This document shows, one piece after another, positions 9,240 to 18,102 of a DNA stretch of 32,000 nt. How positions within the stretch are numbered: the stretch's first letter is position 1; every line of letters begins with the position of its first letter. Under the pieces are notes generated by a model that saw nothing but the letters and a program-made list of their open reading frames with translations, had not been told where the DNA came from and ran no database searches. This DNA comes from Candidatus Atelocyanobacterium thalassa isolate ALOHA (lineage in GTDB: Bacteria > Cyanobacteriota > Cyanobacteriia > Cyanobacteriales > Microcystaceae), in assembly GCF_000025125.1 (NCBI RefSeq), contig NC_013771.1:971949-1003948 (forward strand). The letters run 5' to 3'. A program made the position numbers and the translations under genes.

Positions 9240-11129
9240 TTAGTCTAAAAAAGCTAAAGCGTCCTGAATTGTTTTGTTATAAATTATTCGTCCTGCTGTA
9301 GTGCGAATAAATTGAGAAAGAATTTCTCCGTTTAGTTCTCTGACCTTACGTTCTCTGTAATATTTTATTATACTACCATCTTCAGAAGTTTCTGTTTTTA
9401 TTACTTCTTTATCTGGTTTGTCTGTAATAACCTCTTCATAGGGATCTTCACATCGAAGCCAAATATAAGCATGTAAATCAATATTACCTTGCTCATAAGC
9501 TTTAATAGCATCTTCAAAATTAGCGAAATATCTTCCTCCCCCTTTTTGGGCGTCAGGATTTTCTGCTGTAAGATAATAACATCCAAGAACCATATCTTGC
9601 GAAGGAGCAACAATGGGGGCTCCTGTAGCTGGTGATAGAATGTTATGACAAGCTAGCATTAGTAATCTTGCTTCTGCTTGAGATTCTAACGATAAAGGAA
9701 CATGAACTGCCATTTGATCACCATCAAAATCAGCATTAAATGCTGGACAAACCAAAGGATGTAACTGAATAGCTCTTCCTTCAACTAAAATTGGTTCAAA
9801 TGCTTGAATTCCCAAGCGATGCAAAGTAGGAGCACGGTTAAGTAAAACAGGATGTCCCGCAATTACTTCTTTTAGAACATTCCAGATACTAGAATCACCC
9901 TTAATGATAAGCTTTTTAGCAGCTTTAATATTATTTACTAAGCCTAAACGTATTAGACGATGAATTACAAAAGGTTGAAATAATTCGATAGCCATTTCAC
10001 GAGGTAATCCGCATTGGTAAATTTTTAATTTTGGACCTACTACAATTACAGAACGACCAGAGTAATCAACCCTTTTTCCTAAAAGATTTTGACGAAAACG
10101 ACCTTGCTTACCTTCAATAATATCAGATAATGATTTGAGAGGTCTATTATTCGCTCCTACCACTGTACGACCTCTTCTCCCGTTATCAATCAGAGCATCA
10201 ACTGCTTCTTGCAGCATACGCTTTTCATTCCGAACAATAATTTCTGGAGCAAGAATTTCTTGAAGTCGAGCCAAACGGTTATTACGATTGATAACTCTTC
10301 GATATAAATCATTTAGATCAGATGTTGCAAAGCGTCCCCCATCTAACTGAACCATGGGTCGAAGATCAGGAGGAATTACAGGAATTACTTCTAAAACCAT
10401 CCATTCGGCGAGTGATCCAGTAGCAATGAAGTTATCTATTACTCGTAGACGCTTAATTAGTTTTGCTCTCTTTTGCCCTTTACTTTGAGTAATTTCTTCT
10501 CGTAACTTTTCTGCTATTTCTTCTAGATCCATTTCTTGAAGTAATCTATGAATCGCTTCCGCTCCAATACCAACTTCTATTCCATATAGATCTGAGTCTT
10601 CAGCATAAATTTGATCTTCAATTTCAATCCATTGCTCTTCAGTTAATAGTTGTTTATATTGAAGATTGCTAGCATTGCCTGGGTCTAAAACTACGTAAGC
10701 ATTAAAGTAAACAATTTGTTCTACGTCTTTTAAAGCCATATCAAGTAAGATACTCATATAGCTAGGAATTCCTTTCAAATACCATACATGTGTAACAGGA
10801 GCCGCTAACTTTATAAAACCCATGCGATGTCTACGAACACGAGATTCTGTAACTTCAACTCCACAACGTTCACAAACAATACCACGGTGACGAACTCTCT
10901 TATACTTGCCACACCAACATTCCCAGTCTTTTGAAGGACCAAAAATTCGTTCACAAAATAGTCCGTCCATCTCTGGCTTCAAAGTTCTGTAATTGATGGT
11001 TTCAGGCTTCGTCACCTCTCCAACAGTAGTACCATTAGGAAGAGTTCTTTCCCCCCACTGACGGATACGTTCTGGAGAAGCTAATCCAATTTTGACATAG
11101 TCAAATCTTGTATCTTGTTCTGGTTTCAT
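9240..11129 (-). CDS. rpoC1: DNA-directed RNA polymerase subunit gamma (cyanobacterial RpoC1)
   Basis: 629 aa. [33 protein letters not shown], zinc motif [24 protein letters not shown], and catalytic [12 protein letters not shown] (as [16 protein letters not shown]). Confidence 0.98.
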   Translation of the reverse strand: MKPEQDTRFDYVKIGLASPERIRQWGERTLPNGTTVGEVTKPETINYRTLKPEMDGLFCERIFGPSKDWECWCGKYKRVRHRGIVCERCGVEVTESRVRRHRMGFIKLAAPVTHVWYLKGIPSYMSILLDMALKDVEQIVYFNAYVVLDPGNASNLQYKQLLTEEQWIEIEDQIYAEDSDLYGIEVGIGAEAIHRLLQEMDLEEIAEKLREEITQSKGQKRAKLIKRLRVIDNFIATGSLAEWMVLEVIPVIPPDLRPMVQLDGGRFATSDLNDLYRRVINRNNRLARLQEILAPEIIVRNEKRMLQEAVDALIDNGRRGRTVVGANNRPLKSLSDIIEGKQGRFRQNLLGKRVDYSGRSVIVVGPKLKIYQCGLPREMAIELFQPFVIHRLIRLGLVNNIKAAKKLIIKGDSSIWNVLKEVIAGHPVLLNRAPTLHRLGIQAFEPILVEGRAIQLHPLVCPAFNADFDGDQMAVHVPLSLESQAEARLLMLACHNILSPATGAPIVAPSQDMVLGCYYLTAENPDAQKGGGRYFANFEDAIKAYEQGNIDLHAYIWLRCEDPYEEVITDKPDKEVIKTETSEDGSIIKYYRERKVRELNGEILSQFIRTTAGRIIYNKTIQDALAFLD

Positions 11130-11718
11130 GTTTGATAATTTTAAGAATATAAAATTTTTTCCTATCTCTACTAATTACTGCATAACTAATTTTGTAGAAG
11201 ATTTAGTAACGTAATAGAGAGAAATTAATAGTAGTTAGAATAAACTTAAAACTCTAGAGTAAAATAATGAACACTATTTTTTATACTTACACATAATGAA
11301 TAATGACATTTTTAACATTTACTTTTAATTTATAATTAAAATTATTTTAGAAATAGTTAATTCCTAAAATAGAAAGTTTAAATATTAATTGCAGTTTTTA
11401 TTAAAAACCTCCGTTTCAGAATTTTAAGTTTACTCTTTAAGAATATCTACTAAAGATAATACATATTGAATGTAAAATAAAATCAGCCTTTTATCATACA
11501 ATTTTTTAGCTTTTAGAGCAATATTTTAAGTAAGAATAAACAATTAATACTTCTAATATAAATGAAAATATAATCTATAGACTATATAAAAGTTAACAAG
11601 TTGGTTTTTAAACATTCAGCAAAATATTAAAAATAATTACCTTAGATTAGTTTACTCCAAAAAATTACTTAAAGAACTGAGTTAAAGTTAGTATTTCTAT
11701 TATTTATTAGTATGAAAG

Positions 11719-12381
11719 TTATTTATTTTGATTTCTCACTATATTGATACCGTGAGAAGTACCTATACGAATTGCACCTAATTCGTATAAATCTGAGGCT
11801 TGTTTAAAAGTTTGAATTCCCCCAGAAGCTTTGATTCCAATTTTACCAGCGCAAATTTTATTTAAATATTCAATATCGATCTTTGTAATTCCTCCAAACC
11901 ATCCAGTATTAGTTTCTATATATTTAGCTCCGGCATCTGTGCAAACTTCAACGGCTAAATTCTTTTCTGTATTTGTTAATAAATTACTTTCTAAAACTAC
12001 CTTGATTGTTTTTTTTGTTATTTCACATATCGATGATATTTCATCATAAATAAACTTTGAATTACCTGATTTTAATTCTCCAAGATTTATCATGACATTC
12101 AATTCCTTAGCACCATTATCAGACGCTTCTTGTGCTTCATAAAGTTTAACTGATGAAGTAGTAGCACCTGCAGGAAATCCAATTACCGTACATACAGATA
12201 TGTTGGTTCTATGGAGTAGCTGAACTGCTTGAGAGACTGAATTAGGGTATACACATACGCTGGGGAATTTAAAATATTGAGCTTCTTCACATAGTGTTTT
12301 AACATCTTCATCAGTATAATTAGGATTAAGCGATGAGTGCTCGATATAGTCAGCAATATTAATATTTAATTGAGATTCCAT
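11719..12381 (-). CDS. deoC: Deoxyribose-phosphate aldolase
   Basis: 220 aa. IADYIEHSSLNP, VCTVIGFPAGATTSSVKLYEAQEA, ELNVMINLG, KVVLESNLLT, GAKYIETNTGWFGG, GIKASGGIQTF. Confidence 0.95.
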   Translation of the reverse strand: MESQLNINIADYIEHSSLNPNYTDEDVKTLCEEAQYFKFPSVCVYPNSVSQAVQLLHRTNISVCTVIGFPAGATTSSVKLYEAQEASDNGAKELNVMINLGELKSGNSKFIYDEISSICEITKKTIKVVLESNLLTNTEKNLAVEVCTDAGAKYIETNTGWFGGITKIDIEYLNKICAGKIGIKASGGIQTFKQASDLYELGAIRIGTSHGINIVRNQNK

Positions 12382-12513
12382 TTAAGTATTTAAGTTGTAG
12401 TTTGAAAAAGTATTTATTTTATAATATGTAAATTTTACTGATAACCTTATTTAAAAAGTATTTGTGTAAATTTTCAGATTTTACAAAATTTATTATATTT
12501 TCAAAGGATAATA

Positions 12514-12678
12514 TTAGAAACGAATAAACTCAATTTTACTATCATTAAAAGTCATACTTAATGGAGCTGGCGTCAACAAATCAGATGTTATAAATGAACG
12601 TGCAATCATTATAAATAAAGAAATTATAAAAATAATAAGAATTAAGAGAGGAGCTATATATTCTCGGAAAAACTGCAT
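12514..12678 (-). CDS. Small single-pass membrane protein ORF (54 aa), not in supplied ORF track
   Basis: Manual translation: MQFFREYIAPLLILIIFIISLFIMIARSFITSDLLTPAPLSMTFNDSKIEFIRF*. Lies between two genes on the same strand. Confidence 0.6.
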   Translation of the reverse strand: MQFFREYIAPLLILIIFIISLFIMIARSFITSDLLTPAPLSMTFNDSKIEFIRF

Positions 12679-12855
12679 AAAAATCTAATTGCTAGTACGT
12701 TAGCTAATTATATCAAATTTTTTTATATGTTTGTTTAATTGATTTAGATAAATATAGTGATTGGTATTAACAATAAATATAGTTAAAATTATAAAAAGAT
12801 AATAAGAAATAAGATTTTGAAAACTTTATTTTTTTGTTGAAACTACTAATAAAGG

Positions 12856-14175
12856 TCAAGTTGTTATGCAATCTGAATCTTTTAAAGATAGCCATATTAT
12901 AAATTGTGTTCCTTGATTATTTTTAAAATCAATTGGACTCGACAATTCAACAATTCCGTTCATTTTATTAACTAATTCTTTGACAATTGATAAACCTAGG
13001 CCATTACCTAGTGTACTGTCTTGTGTTTTTGCTCCTCTATAATGCCTCTCAAAAACATATGGTTGATCTTCAATAGGAATACCTATACCTGCATCTTGAA
13101 TGCAAATTCCTTGATATTGTTTATTATTGATTATTTTAAATATTCCTAATTTAATATTCACTTTTCCAGATGAAGGTGTATATTTAATACTATTGTCAAT
13201 TAAATTACTAACTACTTCCCTCAAACCGAAAACATTTGCCAAAACTGGTTGTAAATATTGTGGGGATTCTATTTGCAGAATTATGCTTTTATTCTGTGCA
13301 ATGGGTTTCATCGAAATCAAGATATCTTCTAAAACCTCTGATGTATATATTTCATGTAAATCTAAAGATTGTGATGGAAGTAGAGAAGATAACGAATTTC
13401 TGGAAATAGCCATGGGGCTAGCATTTAAAGGAATAATATCTAAACTGGTATTTATTGAAATTTGATTGGTCTCGAATTCTTGAATTAAATCTTCTAAATG
13501 CTCTCCTTCTCTTACTATATTTTTAACTACGGCAAAACTTTGTTCATCAGATACCAGACGTTTAAGTAATAATTTACCAAAAATTTTTAAGGCTGTTAAT
13601 GGATTTCTTAACTGATGAAATAAATTCTCAAGTCGATCATATTCTTGTTTATGTAATAGCTTTTGTTGATGTAATTGTTTTTTAGAGAATGCTTGACGTT
13701 TATCTAATGAACGTGCGATGGCTAAAGTATTTGCTATCTTTTTGATTTGAGCTAATTCATCCTGTTTCCAAGGGTAATTAAATCTTCTTGTTACTAAAAC
13801 TCCTAAAACCATTCCTTCATATACTAAAGGAAATCCTACTTGATAAGGTTCTGATGCAAAAAGGTTACTACTACTATTATTTATATTAGATAAATCTTCG
13901 GAAATAGATGACAAATCTCCTCTGAAAATTGGTATGGTAGCAATTTCTTTTTCTTCAATACAGTCAATATGATTAGCAAAAGTATTTTTAGTTGTCCCAT
14001 CGGCTGGATAAACAACTATTGGTATAAGATCTATCTGTTGATTATCTTTTTCTGAAGTCAAATATACAGCACTCCACTCCGCTTGTAGAATTTTAGCTAA
14101 AAGGGTGATTTGTGATTGACATAAAGAAATAAAATCTGAACTCGGGTAAGAAATTTTTGCTGTAGCAGAGAACAT
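12856..14175 (-). CDS. GAF-domain sensor histidine kinase, Hik2 / chloroplast-sensor-kinase-like
   Basis: 439 aa. N-terminal GAF-like region with Cys19, H-box LFHQLRNPLTALKIFGKLLLKRLV, N box DNSIKYTPSSG, G boxes IQDAGIGIP and GNGLGLSIVKELV. Confidence 0.85.
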   Translation of the reverse strand: MFSATAKISYPSSDFISLCQSQITLLAKILQAEWSAVYLTSEKDNQQIDLIPIVVYPADGTTKNTFANHIDCIEEKEIATIPIFRGDLSSISEDLSNINNSSSNLFASEPYQVGFPLVYEGMVLGVLVTRRFNYPWKQDELAQIKKIANTLAIARSLDKRQAFSKKQLHQQKLLHKQEYDRLENLFHQLRNPLTALKIFGKLLLKRLVSDEQSFAVVKNIVREGEHLEDLIQEFETNQISINTSLDIIPLNASPMAISRNSLSSLLPSQSLDLHEIYTSEVLEDILISMKPIAQNKSIILQIESPQYLQPVLANVFGLREVVSNLIDNSIKYTPSSGKVNIKLGIFKIINNKQYQGICIQDAGIGIPIEDQPYVFERHYRGAKTQDSTLGNGLGLSIVKELVNKMNGIVELSSPIDFKNNQGTQFIIWLSLKDSDCITT

Positions 14176-14398
14176 ATTTTATTAAGTTTTATCAAGAAGT
14201 AAAAGTTTGTAGCCTAAAAATTAAATGAATTTGTTTTTAATCAAAAAAACATTGTTATAGTAATAATCATAATTTGAATTGCAAGAATTTACAATTTAAG
14301 TAATAAATGCTTGATTTTTTAAAATTAAACAGACATGGTTGGTTCGATTTTTGTAGCTATAACTACAGTCTATGTAGACTAAATAGGAGGTAAGAAGG

Positions 14399-14719
14399 TT
14401 GGCAAGAAAGCGCAAACGTAAGAGTCGCCGTCGCCAAGAGGGGCGAAAAATTCTTGAACTTGTTCCTCAATACAATATTGAGAGCGGTGAAGATAAACCA
14501 GTAACTGCTGCTAGAAAATATATTCATGGAATAGGAATACAAGCACCAGCTTTATTGGTTGTTAGGCGTAACGAACATACTACTGATAGATATTTTTGGG
14601 CTGAAAAAGGTTTATTCGGCGCTCAGTATGTTGAAGAAAATCATTTTTTATTTCCTAGTTTAAAAGAATTTCAGCCACAAGTTCAAAAAATGTCTATGAA
14701 AACTTCTATCATGGGTTGA
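14399..14719 (+). CDS. DUF3155 family protein (TTG start)
   Basis: MARKRKRKSRRRQEGRKILELVPQYNIESGEDKPVTAARKYI...NEHTTDRYFWAEKGLFGAQYVEENHFLFPSL. Shine-Dalgarno AGGAGG at 14385-14390, 8 nt before TTG. Confidence 0.9.
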   Translation: MARKRKRKSRRRQEGRKILELVPQYNIESGEDKPVTAARKYIHGIGIQAPALLVVRRNEHTTDRYFWAEKGLFGAQYVEENHFLFPSLKEFQPQVQKMSMKTSIMG

Positions 14720-14786
14720 ATACTCAATAAAACTAGTATGAATAATATTTTTGATATATGGAAAAACGTATATATTGATTGTTTAG

Positions 14787-15302
14787 TTACAAAGAAAAAG
14801 CTTTCTTAAATTGAGCTATTTCATCACGGTGACCTGTCAAAATACAACAAGTAGAGTTGTCTTCTATTTTTTCCGTAGAATGCTCGAAAGATACAGATAC
14901 TGTCTCAATTTTGCATGCTTTCCTCCAATAAAACAAACCTGTTATGGGAGATAAAATTCCTAAGCTTAAGAACATAGGGGTTAGTGGCTGATAAAGAAAT
15001 GATAATATTAGCCCAAGACATAACAAACCAGTTAAAGATAAAATACTTAAGAAAATTGCAAGAAACCAGCTAGGACGGACTGTTCCCTCAAAAACAATTT
15101 TATTTTCTTGATTAGAGGTGACTTGATAGGATCGTTTTTCAAAGTAATTTTTAATCTGTTTTATTAAAAGTACTCTAGAGACTTGTAAAATAAGTTTTTC
15201 TTTTTCCGTACGTTCTTTTACAGAAGCGCGAATAAAGAAAAATAGTCCTATAGTTAGTAAAAGCGTTAAAAAAAAAGTAGAAATTAAAGAAAAATTATTC
15301 AC
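14787..15302 (-). CDS. Membrane protein, possibly cofactor assembly of complex C subunit B (CCB2/CCB4-like)
   Basis: 171 aa. N-terminal TM followed by FFFIRASVKERTE, FEGTVRPSWFLAIFLSILS..., a second TM pair, and LSPITGLFYWRKA. The family is recalled from pattern and not verified. Confidence 0.55.
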   Translation of the reverse strand: MNNFSLISTFFLTLLLTIGLFFFIRASVKERTEKEKLILQVSRVLLIKQIKNYFEKRSYQVTSNQENKIVFEGTVRPSWFLAIFLSILSLTGLLCLGLILSFLYQPLTPMFLSLGILSPITGLFYWRKACKIETVSVSFEHSTEKIEDNSTCCILTGHRDEIAQFKKAFSL

Positions 15303-15593
15303 AAAAATTAAAGTAATAGTAACTAGATAACAAATTCAAATAGTTCTGACCTGAATGATTGTAACCTATTAAATATATAAAAAATGACTTTTATTACAAG
15401 TTAAATAAAACTAATTGAGATTTTAAAATATAAATACCTCCAATTAAAAGTAGTTGTTTTTATTAAGTTTTTAATGCTTATATTTAACGTTATCCTTATG
15501 ATAGTGATGGAATACGCTAATGAAGAAAAAATATATATTTATCATAGGCATCTACTAAATGTTATTTTAAAAATTAATATTTAGAATGTAATT

Positions 15594-15632
15594 TTTCAGA
15601 GTAAAAAAATTGAGAATTTTTTTACTCTGAAA
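15594..15632. terminator. Perfect 18-bp hairpin with 3-nt loop downstream of the 80-aa membrane ORF
   Basis: TTTCAGAGTAAAAAAATT (15594-15611), GAG loop, AATTTTTTTACTCTGAAA (15615-15632). Lies 37 nt downstream of the stop of the minus-strand ORF 15669-15911. Confidence 0.6.
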
Positions 15633-15668
15633 CGCAAGATTTTTTAATTGATAATACATTCAGCTTAG

Positions 15669-15911
15669 CTATTCCTCGTTTGTCCTAATTTTAACAAAAT
15701 TAAAGATAGAAGTTTTAAAGCTAAGTAAAATAATTAAGCTTAAAACATGAATAAGCCAATGTGAAATTACTAAACTCCAGACGACAAACACTAGAGCGCT
15801 TGAGAAGGCAAGGACTCCAAAAATATCATTGCTAGTACGTTGATACCGTAAGATGCTTCCAATGAAAATTATAAAAAATAGAAGTGGAAAAACATAAAAT
15901 ATCATAGACAA
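15669..15911 (-). CDS. Hypothetical small integral membrane protein (80 aa)
   Basis: MSMIFYVFPLLFFIIFIGSILRYQRTSNDIFGVLAFSSALVFVVWSLVISHWLIHVLSLIILLSFKTS..., with two to three predicted TM segments. Confidence 0.65.
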   Translation of the reverse strand: MSMIFYVFPLLFFIIFIGSILRYQRTSNDIFGVLAFSSALVFVVWSLVISHWLIHVLSLIILLSFKTSIFNFVKIRTNEE

Positions 15912-16831
15912 TTATCTTCCAATTTCTTAAATAGTTAAATGTCCATAAAACAATTGCTACTAGGTTTGATGTTTGGACATCTTTATTCTTCAACAATAAT
16001 ATTATCTTATATTAGATTGTAGTAATATAAACTATTTAATTGAGATATCGTAAGAAATCTTCGCATAACTTTAAGTTCGAGTAAATTATTTCAATTGATG
16101 ATATTAATTTTTCCTAAAATCATAACGGTCCATAAAAGTACTACCACAGCACGTTTAACAAAGAATTAGCTTAATTTCCAAGAAAATAAATAATTATAAT
16201 CATCTTGTAATAAGATAATTATTTTTAAATATAAAGTCTTATCGATCAAGACATATTGGACTTAACTAAGAACCAAATAAAAAATCTGTTTAGTAAATTA
16301 TCGAAAAGTTAAAATTAATTATAGAAGACTAAAATAAAAACTTACTTCACATGATTTTACGTATAACAAAAAATATTTTATCAACTTCTTTTTTATCTTG
16401 TCTTTTGTTTTAAAAATTATTTTGATTGTAAATTAAAATAGAACCAAATATTACAGAAAGATCTTCAGCTCACAATCTTATTTTTTATCTATTTTCTTTT
16501 AGTATATAAAAAACAATAATTTTTATAGTTTATTTATCTTGAAAAAGTAAATTTTCAATGTTAGCTTTTCAAAATATTTACATTTACATAAACTTTTGAA
16601 GACTTTATTTATTTTTTGCTAAAAAGGAACTAACGACAGAAACTGTTAGTCTAGTGAAAAGCGTCTATATATACATTTTTTAAAAATTATTTTCAATAGG
16701 TCAAGGCTACAAAAAAAATTCAGAAAAATCTGATATAGTGCGCAATTTATATTAGGATTCTTTATAAAAGTTATTAAGAATTTTATCAAGTAATTGAAAT
16801 ACATAAATTTATAAAGTATGAGGGTATTTTT

Positions 16832-17584
16832 ATGAAATCATTAGTTCGCTGGGGAACAACTATGGGCTTGATAGCAAGCACTCTATTGACATCTTGGTTA
16901 GGAAAGGTGCCAAAAGTTTTAGCTTTGCCTGAAGCTGATATTGTTAAGCTATTACAATCGGTTCCTGTCTTTACTATTACTACGGAAGAAGGAGGTCCTT
17001 TAGTTGCAACAGTGGAAAATAATCAAAAAGTAACACAAGTCTTTATGAGTTTAAAAGATGCTGATGGTTTCTTAGATAAACTTCGTAAGCATCAGCCAGA
17101 TGTCGGAAATAAGGTCAAGGTACAACCTGTTTCTTTAGGAGAAATATATCGTTTCGCTATAGCTAATAATAGTGACACACAAAAAGAACCGCTTCAATTT
17201 GTTTATGTCCCTATGAAAAGTGCCATAGATTCGGCCAAAAAACTTTTAGATACTAAAGGACAGGAATATAAAGGTGGTGTTCCTTTATTTCTTTTGAGAG
17301 GTGGTCCTGAAAATAGTATGTTGACCATTCAACAAAATGATCAAGAAGTTATTCCTCTCTTTTTTGAAGAAGCTCCCATTCAAGCCATCACAGAAAAAAT
17401 GAAGAAGGATCAGCCAAATATTGCTCAAACAATAAAAGTTGAAGTAGTTCCTTTAGAGAATGTAATCGGATTATTGCAAACAAAAGATGATGAAGCACTA
17501 AAGCAAATACAATTAGTGCCATCTGAAGAAACTATTCAGTTTATCCAAAATAAAATAAAACTACAGCAAGCTCAAGAAGGTTAA
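16832..17584 (+). CDS. Tic22-like family protein
   Basis: 250 aa. N-terminal signal-like region. Contains LLQSVPVFTITTEEGGPLVAT, QKVTQVFMSLKDADGFLDKLR, VSLGEIYRF, FVYVPMKSAIDSAKKLL, and GGVPLFLLRGG. Confidence 0.85.
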   Translation: MKSLVRWGTTMGLIASTLLTSWLGKVPKVLALPEADIVKLLQSVPVFTITTEEGGPLVATVENNQKVTQVFMSLKDADGFLDKLRKHQPDVGNKVKVQPVSLGEIYRFAIANNSDTQKEPLQFVYVPMKSAIDSAKKLLDTKGQEYKGGVPLFLLRGGPENSMLTIQQNDQEVIPLFFEEAPIQAITEKMKKDQPNIAQTIKVEVVPLENVIGLLQTKDDEALKQIQLVPSEETIQFIQNKIKLQQAQEG

Positions 17585-18102
17585 AGTATTTAACTACCAA
17601 TTATTTACATTCAAGATATCTTAAAACTGAGAAATCTTGAATGTTTACATTTATCTTTCATTATCTATAGGAACCATATTATAAAAAGTAATTTGTTAAT
17701 AAGTATTGAGTACAAGATATAAAATTCAAAAAAAGAAAAATAATAATACTCTCTATTTCTTAGATAAAGGCTTCTATTACAGCTTTTAACTTGTTTTAAA
17801 AGTTTGGCTAAATTCTAGATATAATTAAAATAAGCTGAGTTTCATACAAAAATTATTATAATTATTGATATACTTTTTTAATTTTAAGATAGAAGATATA
17901 TAAATATTTAAAATTTATTTGGACTAATGATAAAAAGTAATGATTAATCATTAGCTTAGTTATTAAGAATATGGGGAAAAACTTGTAATATCTCACTATT
18001 TTTTTAGGCTAAAGAGATAAAAAGTAATATAAATAAATGATTAACTGTTTATACTTATAATCACTAGGTGAGTTTACAATATTTATATTCTAAATAACAA
18101 TT

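Noticed and set aside
9401-9613. 70-aa minus-strand ORF inside rpoC1
   Set aside because: Out-of-frame overlap with a strongly conserved gene; the main frame has the RNA polymerase motifs.
11831-12049. 72-aa + strand ORF antisense to deoC
   Set aside because: Shadow ORF opposite conserved aldolase codons.
12684-12702. String TTGCTAGTACGTT also found near 15830, possible repeat element
   Set aside because: Only about 14 nt shared, one copy sits inside a CDS, and there are no matching flanks; probably chance.
13127-13465. 112-aa + strand ORF antisense to the sensor kinase
   Set aside because: Longest antisense ORF, but it mirrors the HATPase region coding strand and has no independent start context or motif.
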